Of a DNA stretch of 64,000 nucleotides, positions 12,291-26,190 are shown one piece after another. Source of the stretch: Vicugna vicugna (taxonomy: Eukaryota). The first letter of the stretch is position 1. The number at the start of each line of letters is the position of its first letter. The position numbers and the translations under genes are program-made. The DNA is taken from positions 6,173,741 through 6,237,740 of the forward strand of contig MU058636.1 in assembly GCA_013265495.1 (NCBI GenBank). Reading direction: 5' to 3'. The notes beneath the pieces are model-generated. The model worked only from the letters and a program-made list of their open reading frames with translations, did no database searches and had not been told where the DNA came from.

Positions 12291-13019
12291 CACTGTGCTT
12301 ATGCCACCAGAGGAGGCGCAGTTACCCATCAGTGAGTACACGCTGACCCCCACCTCACCCAGCATCGCGCTCAATGAGCATGTTAGCTCGTGTCTCTGCT
12401 CTTCCCTTTGTCAACTGCTTATTATTCAGAAAGACCAGCATTTTTGTTAACAGAGCCATGGACAATTAGAAAGATACTCACTGTCCCATTTCCAAGACCC
12501 AGTGTGACCCAGAATTAAAGGGATTGTTTTAAGGGGGATTAGCGTCCTCCTGAAAATATTTTCCCTTCAAAAGAAAATTACCTCTCCCTTCATTTGGATA
12601 ATAATACAGGAAAAGAAAACATTGCGTCTGGGAGGATATCGCAGAGATGGGAGAAAGCAGACAAGGAGAGGACAGAGCAATGGAAGGAACAGGAACATAG
12701 GTAGAAGAGTATGAGAGAGACAACGCTGGGGGATGGGGACAAACAAGAAAGCGAGAGATATTCACAAAGAGAGACGTGAATTCAGCAAGAGGCACAAAAG
12801 ACATTTGAAATCAACCTAGAAAACCGTCCTACAAAGAGAGAATTTTGGAACAAAGGTGAACCTGTACATAGAGCTGTGTTGAATTCTATGTGTGGAAAGG
12901 ATGGTCTCATTGAAACCATATGGCATAGCCTGTGAACCTAGTGGTTAAGTAATTGACCCACTGATAATATTTTACTTATTATTCCAGGGGCTTGTTTATC
13001 ACAGACTGCTTCTCCTTAG

Positions 13020-13165
13020 AGTTATGTCCCCATCCGTCTCCTTTACCAGAGAGTGGACTCCCGTGGACAGAGTCAAGCCTTCCTCAGTTTTGTCTTATCC
13101 GCAACACCTAGCACGGTGCCTAACATGCACTGAAAGTTGAATAGAATTTTGCATTGAGTTGAATT
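13020..13165 (+). mobile_element. L2 LINE 3' end
   Basis: 'gtggactcccgtggacagag...tatccgcaacacctagcacggtgcctaacatgc...ttgagttgaa'. Confidence 0.7.
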
Positions 13166-13185
13166 ATTTCAAGACTTTGTCATCT

Positions 13186-13187
<2 letters not shown>

Positions 13188-13226
<39 letters not shown>
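13188..13226. repeat. (TG)n microsatellite
   Basis: Direct TG run. Confidence 0.95.
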
Positions 13227-13227
<1 letters not shown>

Positions 13228-14754
13228 GCTAAGTTCTGGAGAATTGTATTTGGGTTTTAACTTCTCCAGTTAGAGGTATGACAGTTGTGCACTCATATAC
13301 CAGGGGACAGTCCAGATCATCTGTTCACCGGGAGTGATTATGTGTCTCTTCTTGGCGGGGTCTGTCTGTCCGCACGTTAGGGAGTCAGGAGAGGAAGTGG
13401 GGATGACAGAATGCAGATCCGCGCCGGCAGGTAGAGCAGCGCGGAGCGGGAAGCACTGTGTATAGAAAAGAAATAGAAGCCGCAATCCTTGCCACTTACA
13501 AAGTGTAAAATCTAGTTGGGGGAGAAGAAAAACTGAAACAGTTAAGCCAACTATTGATGGGAGCAAGCCACACATCTCTCTCCATGACGGGGATAGTTTA
13601 GCAAGGAGTGACAGAGGCGTTACAGCTGTTCACGACGAAACTAGTTCAGCCTCCCTAGCCTCTTTGTTTAGTCATCCTGAGGGAAAACTTCTAGTCCAAA
13701 TCTTCCGGATTAGGTACCCTGACCCTGCCAGCGTTTGAAAACGTCCTTTAGCACCGGGTGACGTGGCAGAGGCTGGTGGGGCCACCAGCCTGCATCAGTT
13801 GACACTGATCTGCCGAGAACCCTTCCAGGTATACTGGAGGAGCAGCCTTTGAAAGGCATCCATGGGTTTCTTAATTGAGAGCAACGCACAACGTCCTGAT
13901 GCAAACGGCAAAACTGCGTCTCTTCTCTTTATCCGTATGTGACAGTTCCCTCAGGCCGTGAACATGTGTAAACACCAGTGGGTGATGCGACTGCTGCGAC
14001 TTTGGCTGAATGAGCCGGACGCTGAAAGGCCGGCCCGTCTCACGCCCTCGGCCGCTGGACTCGCGCCGGGTTTGCCGGCACCCGCTCTGCTCTTCAGGCT
14101 GAAGGAGGTCGCCGGCTCCTCCTCATCACAGAGGATTCACGTCTCATTATCTCTAGGGTAATCTTTAATATTAGACCTAAAATAATGCAGGAATTATTTT
14201 TGTTTGGAAAGGACCATAATAAATACAAGGAAAAATGTTCCTCTTTTATATGAAGAGGGAAAGTTTGCAGGAGGCATTGACAATTTAGAGGCTTTTAATG
14301 CTTTCTTCACTTTTCTAAGTCCAGAGGAGGGCTGTGGAACACCTAAGGATGAAAGGAGAGGGTGTCAGTCTTAAACAGAAGGTTCTCCGCTTCGTGGTTA
14401 CCTTCGTCGATTGGCTGTGTGCACACCCGAAGCTGCTGTGGGGCTGTGCTTGTGACACTGGACCGAAGGGCGATCCGTGTACAGTTTACTGTTGAAAACT
14501 GGTGGGGCACATTCAGGGAGTGTGAAGACGGTAAGAAGGTAGAAGGAAGGTGGAGAGGGTGTGGGAGGGAAGTAGAAAGGGAGAAAGAAAAGCTAATTTC
14601 AAAACAAAAAGACTTTGGAATTTACATGCCTTCTTTTCCAATTTATTGAAATATGAAAATTTGAAGAAAAACCTGAATTCACACATCAACTACTTACATG
14701 CAGAAGCCAAAACAAGAATCCTTGTCTTTCTCTCTGTCCCAAATCTACCCATCA

Positions 14755-15202
14755 TAACAGTAAATATACAATAAACAAATACCAAGATACAATGTTATAT
14801 GTGTTAAAAAGGAAAACAGAGTAGGGTAATGGATATAAAATGATGTGATGTGCTGTTTTAGATAGGGTGGTCAAGGAGTTCATTTGAGGACTGACATGAG
14901 CTGGTATCTGATGAAAAACATTCCAATCTAAGCAAAGAGCATGTGCAAAGGCCCTGAAGCTGGAGCATGACGGCTGTGTTCCAGAAACTGAAAGGAGGCC
15001 AGTGTGGCTGGAGGACTGCAAGGAAAGAGGGAGTTAGTAAAACAGACTAGGGAGACAGCCAGAGCCCAGAAAATTTAAGGCCTTGTAAATTATAATCTAC
15101 ATGTTTTATTTGACTGGAGAACAGAAGCAATGTTTTATATAGAGAAATGATGCAATCTGACTTCCCTTTGAAAAGGATCACAAGGGCTACTGTGGAGGAA
15201 AG

Positions 15203-15235
<33 letters not shown>

Positions 15236-16700
15236 GGGGCTGCTGGGAAGAGTGGGAGCAGAAAGTTCAAAGGTCACATGGTAGATTACAGAGCAGATAA
15301 TTTCGATAGCCCAGGCAAGAGATATTGCACCAGGGTTTTGGCAAAAAGAGTAGTGAGCAGTCACAGGATTAGAGACGTATTTTAAATGTAAAGCTGACAA
15401 GAGGGACTGACGGTTCAGATGTAGAAGAGAAGGAAAAAGAGAGAAAAGATAATTCCAAGGTGTTTGGCCTAAACGCTGGTTGAGTGATGGAGTCTTTTGC
15501 TGAGATGGAGAAGATTGGAGGGGAAAGTGAGGACTCTCTTTTGTACATGTTCGGTTTGAGAAGCCTGTTCAATGTCTGTCTGCCTGCTGCCTAGGCCCCA
15601 GGTGGAGGAGCTTGGAGTTTAAGAGGGAGGAGGCTGGAGGAGGTGGCATGATCTGTGAGTCATCAGTGTGTGGATGGTATTTAGAGCCACAGTACTCTGT
15701 GGAAGCCGGCGTGGGCGGGAAAGTGAAGCTGTCCAAGACCAAGTCCTAAGGTGCCTCAGCACCCATGGAGGGAGAAGAACGGGGAGGACCCACCACGCGC
15801 CTGAGAAGAAATGACCAGTGGGGTGAGACAAAAAATCAGAACGCAGGGCCCCAGAAGCCAAGGGAAACACTTACAACAGTGCCCGTGCATATAAATGCTA
15901 CAAAAAAACTGGCTGCTGTTACTAAGTCTCTTTTTGAAGACCTGTGATTCCCACATTCTGCCCTCAAAGAGGGCTGAGTTTCATGGCAGCTTTGACCAGC
16001 AGAATTGGGCAGGAGCTGTGTTGGAGTCCAAGATCAGACTGTAAGTGATGGAGAAGTGGATCAAGTTGAGAATTTAGAAGAAATACCATATTTGGCAATG
16101 TGAGGGTCACTGGTGATTTTGAGAAGAGAGGTTTTAGTGAAGGGAGACACAGTCTAAATGGATTGCACTCTCAAGAGAATAGCAGCAGGGGAGAAAGGAT
16201 GTGCCAAGTCCACTGCTGAGCAATTTGGCTTCAAAGAGGAGCAGAGAAATACAGTAGTAGCTTATTTCTGTCTTCAGAGGAGGATGTAAGATCAAGGGAA
16301 GGTTTGTTTTATTTTTGTAAGATATTTTTCTAGGATGATTTTGTGATGATGACAAGGAGCCAACAGAGAGTCTAAATCAATGATGTAGGAGACAGAGAGG
16401 ACAATGGTAGAAATAAAGTCCCTAGATGGGTAAGAAGGTGTCAGACCCAGGGCCAAGCGGAGACTCTGGCCTTAGAGAGGAGCACAGATCATTCACGCAC
16501 TTGTAACAAGAAGCAACTGAGCAGATCTCCAGGGGCCGAGCAGGTAAGCTGACAGGTGCTTCGGGGGGAGGACAGGGAAGCCCAGTTCTGACTGATTCCT
16601 TGTTCTCAGTGAAATAGGTCATCAGATGAGCATGTGGAGGAAGAAGTAGCTATTGGAGGTTTGTAAAGAGAGAAGAGCGAGTGAACTATTTGATACAGGC
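14755..16700 (-). mobile_element. L2 LINE, long fragment covering ORF2 remnants and 3' region (contains (TG)n at about 15205-15232)
   Basis: 'gcatgtgcaaaggccctgaagc...ggaggccagtgtggctgga' is classic antisense L2; minus-strand peptides 'TYFTENKESVRTGLP' and 'ASGALRSDFLSHPTGHFFS' resemble decayed L2 ORF2. Confidence 0.88.
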
Positions 16701-16774
16701 AGTGTGGCTGCCCTGAGGGGTCCTGGGAGACATGCGGTCAAGTTCAAGCCAGTCTGGTGCTTTTTCATTCATCC

Positions 16775-17520
16775 ATTGTTTTGAATTTTTGTCTGTCTAC
16801 ATTGTTCGTGTTGTGTATGTTGTCTTTAATCAGATGTTTTTCTCTTCATGTAGGCAACTCAAATCTGCTCATTTTTCCTCTATAAATTCTAGAATGTGTT
16901 TATTCGTAAGAAGGCTCGACTTCCACCCGAAATTATTATTTTTTTAATCCTCCACTATTTCTTCTAATATTTTTGTAATAAACATTAGCACTTTATTCCA
17001 TATGGATTTTTGTGTGTGCAAGTGTTTACTTCACTTTTCTCAAAGTGGATAATAGGATGCCCCAATATCATTTTTCAAAAATCCACACTTTTCTCTCCTA
17101 AATGTCCCATTGTTCACATACCTGCGTCTGTTTTTGGACTTCCACAATTGTTTCGTTTATCACGTCGACTCCTGCATTATTACCACATTGCTTTCATTTC
17201 ATAGAATATTTCTCAATATCTGATCATAAAAGTCACCATTCAGATTTCGTTCAAAAATTTCATGGCAAAACTTGGAAATTGTTATCTTCTTCCAGATGAA
17301 AATTACCTTCCAGATAAATCCAATTCAGTACAATAATTGTCTTGTCAAACATCGTTTAAAACCCTGAAGGGGTTTTATTGGCATTAAATTGAATTTGTAG
17401 ATTTATTTGGGGAGAAATAACATTTACAATCAGAGGACTTTCCATAGAGAAACATGTTATTCTCAATATTTCTTGGGGTCCTTTTCTGACGTCTTTCAGA
17501 ACAGTCTTATAGCTATCTTC
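16775..17520 (-). mobile_element. L1M (ME-like) ORF2 fragment
   Basis: 'ttttattggcattaaattgaatttgtagatttatttggggagaaataacatttacaat' is antisense L1 ORF2 (the ILPKLIYRFNAIP region). Confidence 0.75.
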
Positions 17521-17539
17521 AGCGAGGAGACTGTGGCAT

Positions 17540-17722
17540 CTTAGAGGCATTTTCTGGCTCTGACACCGTAAGACAAAGGTCATCTGTTATCTTCCACACG
17601 GCACCTTGAGCAAATTAATCTCTTTGTGCCATCGTTTGCTTATCTGTTAGAAGAGGACTGTTGCGGGGAATAAATGAGTTAGTGCACGTGAAACACTTAC
17701 AACACGGCCTGGTGCTGCCATC
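17540..17722 (+). mobile_element. MIR SINE
   Basis: 'accttgagcaaattaatctctttgtgcc...tttgcttatctgt...aataaatgagttagtgcacgtgaaacactta...gcctgg'. Confidence 0.75.
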
Positions 17723-20700
17723 ATTAGACGCCTTTCAAGCCCCATAATTCAGAGCAGTCCTGACATCAAACCGCTGCCTTTCCACAAAGGAATATGTGCC
17801 TGGGCCGTGCACACAGCATTCCAATGTGTCTGAAAATGTAGTTTCCAGACTTTAAGCTTCTGTAATATAGGAGAGAGCTTTTGAGGGCAGGATGTACAGA
17901 CGATTTCAAAGAAATGAGACCGATTTCTCATATAATCATAAAAAATATGTTAAAATAAAAACATTCAGGAACTGCTCTATAGTTGAGTATATGTGTTTGG
18001 TACTGTTTCTTTGTTTGTTTGTTTATTTTATTCTTTAAGGTGTTTACATAATCTAAAAACCAGATAAGTTTAAAAATGTCTTAAAGGCAGAAGGTGACTG
18101 CGGTAGATGAGTTCCCTGAGTGGCACGAATGTATCTACGCAACCAATAAAGTGCATCCTTGAACCAGCCAGGCAACCACAAGACATGCATTCCATACTGA
18201 ACAGCTTGAATTACACCTCATTATGTTATTTTTCACGTGCATTCAACACCGCTGCTTTTACAAGAACAGCAGAGGGACCAGCTAATCACCAGGAAGGGGA
18301 GGCCGCGCCAAAACGACCCCGGCTGGCTCCATCTCTTACCTCGTGGTTTCACTGCCTGAACCAAAAGACCATTAGACTCTTCATCTGTTAAAATAGATTT
18401 TTCTAGGATCTATTAAATGTTCTCAGTATCAGAAGCCCCTCAGAGAGGACTTGAACAAACAGATACACATATGTTACTCAAAAAGTCTTCCAATATATTT
18501 TCCATCCCTACCCTCCTTCAAAAGCAGAATTTTAGGCAAAAAAAAATTTTAGAAACTTCTAGGCTGGCTTTAGGGAGCTGCTACTCACTCTTCCACAGCT
18601 GCCACTGACTGCGCAGGGAGTGAAAAGATGGCAAAAAAGAAATCCCACCTCTATTTCCCTACGTTCTTTTTCTCTCTCTCTCTCCCTCCCTCCCTCGTCA
18701 CTGAAATAAGGGAATACATCTAATCACAGAGCACAGTGGGCTCTCCTCCATCTCAGTGTGAGCATAACAGCTTAGTGGAAGTATTTCCCGGGTGTTTCAA
18801 ACCACAGACCCTGAGAGCCCTGGGATCATTTTTGGAGGCGTGTTCTGACTTCCGAGAGTTCAACACACGCTACGTAACTGAGCTGGTGCTGAAAACAGAC
18901 AGCGTCGGTCTCGGGAGAGTAGCTTCAGAACATGGTAACTAGGGTACCGGGTCGCCACAAGGTACTTCTGAAAGTAAGCAGGACAGACAGAGGAGAAAAT
19001 AGCCCATGCAATATTGATGCAGACTGCACTCAAGAAAGAAATGTGCTCAGATCGCAGCGTCTCTGTGACCTGCTGCCCTCATTCACACGCCCTTGGACTT
19101 TTGCACTCCGAATCCACCCAGTCTGTGGTTTCTGCCCCTCTCTAATGTGTTTATTTCTTAAAATTGTTGAGTTTGCCTTTTTTCAGAGGACAGAATCAAC
19201 AAGGTAATTTGGAGGAAAAGTTGAGTCAGAAGGGGAGAAACGACTGGACCACAGTTGACCAGAGGCCTGGAAATGCCTGGAACCTCTTGGGAAGACATTC
19301 CTGCATCTGGGTTCATCCAGGCCTCCAGGGGCTAGCTGTGCCCCCTCTTTCCCCTGGCAGTGGGTCTCCCACTACTCACGGGGAGGGTGGGCTTTGCAGA
19401 TGCTCAGAGGTGAGGAAATAGGCCTCAAAAACCAAGGCTATACACCTCCATCCTAACAGGAATCCAGAGCCGAGGTACAGCATGGGAATGTCTGGTACGT
19501 TTCCCTTTATGCAAAATTAAACATATTTGTCAAAATGAAGAGTCATTATGGGCTTACCATTCTAAGCAGCTAAACACCAAACTATGAATGATGGTTTAAA
19601 GAAAAAATATAGCAGAAGAGGCCCCAGACACCTTATACTACATCATTCAATAACGTCACAGTCCCCAAAAGCTCAAACCGGGAAACAACGCTGCCCCAGG
19701 AAACTGGTGAGGCTCTGGAAAACAGTGTTTGCCAAGAAAAAAACATTCCTGTGAAATGGTTGTTCAGTGTATCATAGTGTACGCCATTTTCTTTCGGCCT
19801 CTGTAATTGCCTTGTCATTTAGTTTCCACGAGAGCACTGCTCTGCAGATTTAGCACCATTTCATGCAGCTGGAGAGTGATGATAAAGGTCAGTTTCCACC
19901 GCTGACTGTTGGCAGGTCTGACCAGATCCTAAAAGGAACTCCTCCTATAGAGGCTGCAGTCCCGGAGCAGGGGAGCCATGGCCTGTTAAGGAGAGAAAGC
20001 GCGTCCTAAGAGAGAGCTCACCTTTATGGAAATTAAGCTGGTTTGAGATTTACATTTCCATGTAAATCTGGTCATAAAACGTAATCCACACAATGTTAAG
20101 GCTGACTTTCTAGTTTGCAAGAAACCACAACAAAAAAAAGCTATAATTGACCACCTCCCTCGCTCACTGATGCCATTTATTGCTCTGTACCTTTCCTCTC
20201 AGTTAAGCTAATCAAGATGAACTTAGAAGCGACAGGGCAACGAGCAAGGCATTCAACACATGGCTGAGTCATTGAAACAGGAGGAGATGCAGAGCAACCA
20301 TGTGCACCAGGAAACACATTGAAGAAAGCAATACAGCTGGTCTGGTGTTTTTAGTTCACTTAACAAGAAAATGCACCCCCTAAAGTCAATGTCATCATAT
20401 GGAAAATGTGGGTAAGCATAATGCAGTTGAAAATAAGAATCCATATGATGACAGATAAAGAAACAAGAGAAACGGAAAGGTTAGAAGGGAAATGGGAAAA
20501 GACCAAGAGACAGGGCGGAACAGGACGTGGGAACAGAGCAGAGAGAAGCGCGGGAGGGGGAGGGGGAGGGACACGCGATAGTCTTCCCCGGCTCACCGCT
20601 TGCTCTCTGGAAGGGTACCGTTTTCATTCTGGAAGGGTCTCTCGGATGAGGTGAGTTTTTAAATGAAGGATTTGGAGAGAATGATGAGACCGGCTGTCAG

Positions 20701-21184
20701 AGCAGAAGCTCACTCTGGAGTTCTGGAGCAGCAGGGGAGAACGCCCACCTGCTAGAAAGAAACGGAGGCTGGAGAAAGCAGCCGGAGCTTAGGCTGGAAG
20801 GAAGCAGTGGAAGAGGCGCCCGGAGCTGCGCCTGCGGTTAGTACGCAGCCGCCTGGGGAAGGCAGGGCCAACAAGAGCCGCGTCAGCACACAGTTCAGCC
20901 CCGAGCAGCAAAGATGCCGTGAGGAATTTAAATCCAGTGAAAATAAAGACCGTCAAAGCATGGAGGGGGTGAGGGTATTAAAACATTAAGGGTGCCTTAC
21001 TTCTACCAGCAGCATTACATCGTCAAGAAACTTCCTTGCTCCAGATTCTAAAGACTTTGGGACCCGGGGGGACCACTCACAACCTTCGTGTTTCCAGAAA
21101 TAGCAGCAGATGATACAAAGTTTCCCACCAGGAACTCAACGTTTTTATCTTTCTGTCATCCTTCAGGAAAAAATTAAAATAACC

Positions 21185-21420
21185 AGAGCTGGTTTTATTG
21201 AGTGCTTCCTGTTTAGCAGGCACTGTTCTGAGCACTTCCTACGTGAATTCACGCTGTCTTTAGAATAGCTTTGTACTATTATTAGTCCTTTTTTTGGTTG
21301 AGGAAAATGAGGTACAGAAACATAGAGTAACTCTCCCAGAGTCGCACAGCCAGTAAGCCAGGAAGCCCGCATGCAAACCCAGATCACCCGGCCCCAGAGT
21401 CCATGTTCATGACTAATGCT
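21185..21420 (-). mobile_element. MIR SINE, near full length
   Basis: 'tttattgagtgcttcctg...ggcactgttctgagcactt...tgaggaaaatgaggtacaga...agtaactctcccagagtcgcacagccagtaag...aaacccag'. Confidence 0.92.
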
Positions 21421-23504
21421 CGCTGCTGTCTCCCGAGATACCAGAACCTACCCTGAATATGATCTTGGAAGATTCCGCACTGCTTCCAAGGACCCTTTTG
21501 TCATAGGCAGACAGGACACGCAGGTGCAGACCGAGTTGTTTCTAGCTCTGTGAGGTGCACGACATGGAGACAGGGGTGAGCACACTTGTAAGGAGGGGAA
21601 TCGGGCTCGTTCGCCCTTCACATCTGGATCAACGGTGAGGACGCTCACTTGCTCCTGGTTCTTCAGGAAATTGTCATTGTCATCTCATGTCACTTCCCAA
21701 ATTGGAGCACCTACCAAGCTCTTCATAAATCCCATAAATCCCTATCAGGTTTAATTTCTCAGATGATAAGACCATGTCTTACAGATGCCTAAGACAGCTC
21801 ACCAAGGACCTGGTGTTTACATAACTCTTGTCTGTATCAGTTAGACATTAAACTTACCCGGATTTTCTTATTATTGCCATTTTTGTTTTCCTAACGCCTG
21901 ATACTGGGTTTCTGGATTTGTGTGTTTGTGGAATGTGCTCCTTCGAGTCTGTTCTTCTGTAAGTAGTACAGTTCATTGCTGATTTACAAGGTCAGGTTCG
22001 CCTGACAGTCACGGCAGTAGAATGGGCCAGGGTTAGAAAGGCAGGGGTGAGGAAGGACCATAGGATTTGTGTTAAGTGAAAAAGTATCTATAAATGCATA
22101 TTCTAAATGAAGAAAGGGTATCTGAGCAAATCAGTTGTAGAAGACTCTCATTGTTCACGAAAGAAAAAAGTGCTGGTGCTGACGGGAATGCATCTTCTTT
22201 TCACAACTTGGCGGCGGGCTCCTCCTTGGAGGCAGTGTTCACTGCTTACCAGCTTTTGCTCTTCTCTAGCTCTCAGTCCATCCTTGCCTTGGTCATTTTG
22301 GAACCCAACGTGGCATCGTCTTTCTTGGCTCCAATAAATCACACTGTTTGCTGCTTATCTTCTTTAACAAGGGTTCTGATCCTTTTATAAAAATGGACAT
22401 GTGAGTGCAAAAGGCACTTTAAGCCCCTGAAGATACCTTGGGCTGAAGAAAGAGAGAGACTTTCAAATGAGGCAATAAAAAATAAATTACACAACATTAA
22501 ATTTACTAAGTAAGCGAGAGAATAGAGTCGAGGTGCTGAGTGAGCAAGCTTCCACCTCATTCAGAGCTGAGCTGTGATGCGACCCGAATGCCAGTCCTGC
22601 TGTGTGTAAGATGCATTCTTGAGATGACGTTTGTTATGGGTATTAGTTACTCAGTTTATATGACATTTTTCATGACTCACCTATTCTTTTCCAAAGCCTA
22701 TAACTCCGTGGTAAAAATTTATATCTTCCATTATTTTTAAAGGGCCAAATTTGGCATACAAATTCTAGTGCTTAAAATGGAATTTTATTTCAAGAGAAAA
22801 TTGGGCTGCATTCAAGTAAGGTTCTATTAAGTATTACAGAAGCTTCCTAGCTGAACTGTTTAAGGATGAGAGAAACAGTTGATATCATGGGCAATAATAT
22901 TTTTATATCTGTGTGCACAATACATACTGACTTGCAACCATATGAAAATATTGATCTGGCAAGTTGGGAGCCCCCGGAAGATTCGGTTCTTTTTCTAGAT
23001 GCCCATAGAAGTTATTTCTGGGAATGAGAGATCTAGAATTAAACCTCAGTAGAACCTTCATGCTTCAAGGAGAGCCAGGGGACTTGCAAATGTGAACAGC
23101 CCACAAGTGACGACGGGGATGATGTAGAGTCCACCACTCGGTTGGCCCGTAAGACCTGAGGCCAGGAGCAGGAGTGCTCACGAGCTTCGGGCGGACACAG
23201 CCGTGTGTGGTGCAGTCTCTCCCCTGCGAACTAAGGTCCATGATGACATTCCTGCACTTCAGGTCATTGGTCTCAACATTTTAAAAGTCACGCCCCTTTT
23301 GTCATGATCAAAATGACCCTTGATAATCTTGTCATTTCCCCGACTCTAGTTTTTTCCACCCTGGTGCTCAAGGTCGAGTCATATTAAAATTGAAATATAA
23401 TGGCCATCCTAATACGTGACTTCTCGTTTATTTCCTCCTATTAATTAGTAATTAATTAATTAATAACTAGATATATTAGATCCTCCTCTACAAACAGGTT
23501 TAAA

Positions 23505-23582
23505 TTGGAGGGGAAGGAGTTTGAGGGAAAATGCCTTTTACAGTGCCTGGTATGTAGCAGGATCTCAAAAATGTTGGTTCTC
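23505..23582 (+). mobile_element. MIR/L2 3' end fragment
   Basis: 'acagtgcctggtatgtagcaggatctcaaaaatgttgg'. Confidence 0.6.
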
Positions 23583-25231
23583 TAGCTGGGTTGCTGGTGG
23601 TAAAGATGGAGAAAGGGCAACTGGTGCCGCCACCCTTACTGGATTCCGTACCTACTTGACGATTTTTAGTCAGGCCGGGCTTAGTGATGGGGGAAATCCC
23701 ACCGGACTGATCATCCAAGAGAAGCTGAAGTTGTTAGCAGCAAAGAGAAGAAGGGTTCTAAGGGGCAAGTAATTCATGGAATTATTGATTTTAATTTTTT
23801 TTGCATGAGGTTATTTCTTCTTCAGGGTGTTAGTGTCCTGAGTCTACATATACCTTTTATTTATTTTGTCTGCCATCTTTCCCAGGGTCCTTTCACAGGC
23901 AAGCTCTTTACAGGCGGAACTGAGTCTTCTGTAAGGCATCAGGACCCCCCAGTGGAGAGCTCCAAGCCCCTGGGCTGGTTTATCAGGATAAAGATCAGCC
24001 TTTATTCCACATTGTGCACCACCTTACTCCCTCTCCGCAGTTTCAAGCAATGCCAAGGACACAATTACTTTTCTTCTGTTGCTTTATCACAGTTTTGATA
24101 GACAATGAACTGATTCAAGTTACACTTCACATTGGATAGAAAAGAAATATACATACTTTCTGTTCCATTTGCTCAGCAATACTTTTTGGACAGAGGAGTG
24201 AATAACTAATAATACAAATTCTAAACAGAGCACAAAATGCTCCATTCAAAGCAATGTGTGTTGACCACACCATTAAGTCTTGAATATCTTTAACCTGTCG
24301 ATCTATGGGAGCTATAGGAAATGAATTACCTGTGAATTACAAGATAAATTTGCTTTGTTAGATATTTTTAATATAAAAAATCTGGCCAATTTGGAGAGAC
24401 TCCTATTGAAGGCAGGTGGTGCCTTTGGTCATGTTCTTTATTTCTGCACATGGTCTAACTTAGACCACAGGCACGTAAGTGTAAATCTGTTAATAAATAG
24501 TTTGCATTCTTAAAAGCTTGCTACATCCAAAAGCTTAAGACTGTCCATGTGCCTACTTCCTGTCAGCGTAGCTCCTATTCCTTTTATTCATCGATAACTC
24601 TCTTAGAACTAGCAATTCTTAGCCAATGAAATAATTTTATTTCTTCCTCAGAGGAATTTTGAGAGAGAAGAATATTGGTCACAGGTGAATGCCATCATCC
24701 CGTGGGCGTGCCCTGGGCCTGGTCCTGAACGTCATGCTGGGCTGACCTCAGCCCCCAGCCACCCAGCAGGGATCTACTTGACACACAAAATCTCACACTG
24801 GAAAAAGCTGACCCATCCTAGACTCAGGAAGACAGGGTGGCTCAAATACTACATTATACTCCAGGTCTCACTGAAGGTCCCAGTAAAAACACCACGTGTC
24901 CAGCCTTCCTCACACTGTCACACTGGCCCTATGGCCAAAGCCACCCCTGTCTTCCAGAGTAACCAGGAAGCAGCACTGGCACAGACTAGGGGACCGAGAG
25001 TGCCCTAGAGCATGAATGTCCCACCTGCTCTGGGGCGATGCTGACAACATGCCCAGGAACTGCCAGGGTCACCCTTCAACTGCTCTCTTCACCTTTCATC
25101 CCCTCTCTTTGTCTTTCATCCTCTCTCCTCATCCTTCATCTTCTCTCTCTATCCTTCAGCCACTCTTTCTCTACCACTCCTCATGTTCTCACGCTGCAGA
25201 GAACCTTCCTGTCTCAGGGGAAGCCAGGCTT

Positions 25232-25545
25232 ACTCACTCATTTATTCAACAGCATTTATTGAGCACCTCGTGTGTGTCAGGTTCAGTGAACAGCTCAAAA
25301 TTAGCTCCTTGGTGCAAGGAACGTGCTATTTAGCAAGGGCAGTTGACATGGAACCACTGACGAAACACTGACTTAAGGGCTACACTAGAGGTTTGTTCAG
25401 TGTTCATGAAACATGGAAGGGAGTGAACAACTCTGCTTTGAAGGGAGATGAGGGACCAGAGAAGAACGAGAACAAAGAGGTATCTGAGCAGGCTTGAGAG
25501 GAAGGTGCATTTTATCTAGGCTTGCGAGGAAGCATAGGAGTTTAC
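25232..25545 (-). mobile_element. L2 LINE 3' end
   Basis: 'actcatttattcaacagcatttattgagcacct...tgtgtcagg'. Confidence 0.8.
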
Positions 25546-25586
25546 TAATAAATTAACTCACACTCTGAATGACGTTATTGTTTTTC

Positions 25587-26190
25587 TGGATGGCCCATAA
25601 AAGTCTCAAACTGAACTGACTACCCTGAACCACACATGGACCACACTCGACCTGCTCTCTGGATTGATTTCCTTGCATTTGGTTTCAGGTATCATTAATC
25701 AACCACATCAGCCTTGAAACTGAGAGGCAGCCTTGATTTTTGTTTCTCCTTTACATCTCACCTCCCGAGATCTCCAGGATGAATTCATTTTACTCAAGAA
25801 ATGTCGCCTTCACCCATCCCCTCGTCTTCCTCTCCATGAGAAGTCCATGTCGACTTTCTCTTGGACTAGTTACCATAGACTCTTTACCACAAGTCCCTTA
25901 GCAAGAAATGGGTAACACATCTTTTCAGCCTCCAGCTGTACTGAAGGCCCCTCTGTGTACACCGTGGATAAACCCTGCTGTGCCCCTGAGCATCCAGCCC
26001 TGAGCGTGCCGCTCCCTTAGTCCCTGTGTTCTGCTGCGGAGTGTGTGCGCACATGTGCATGTATGCTTGCAGCCTGGAAATTCTTCCTTTTCACTTTAAT
26101 GCAGCCCCCTTGAGTGGCCTTTTCATGTAGAAACTCATATTCATCACTCTAATCCACTGCTGCCTCTGTAATTTTTCTGACCTCTCATCT
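25587..26190 (+). mobile_element. L2 LINE fragment
   Basis: 'tggatggcccat...tctcaaactgaac...gaaactgagaggcagccttgattt...ctcttggactagttaccatagactct...gcctggaa'. Confidence 0.65.

Noticed and set aside
22590..22825. Possible Tc2/Kanga-like DNA transposon remnant
   Set aside because: Only vague terminal similarity; I could not define TIRs or a TSD.
23440..23468. (TAAT)n palindromic run as a homeodomain array
   Set aside because: Indistinguishable from a short simple repeat.
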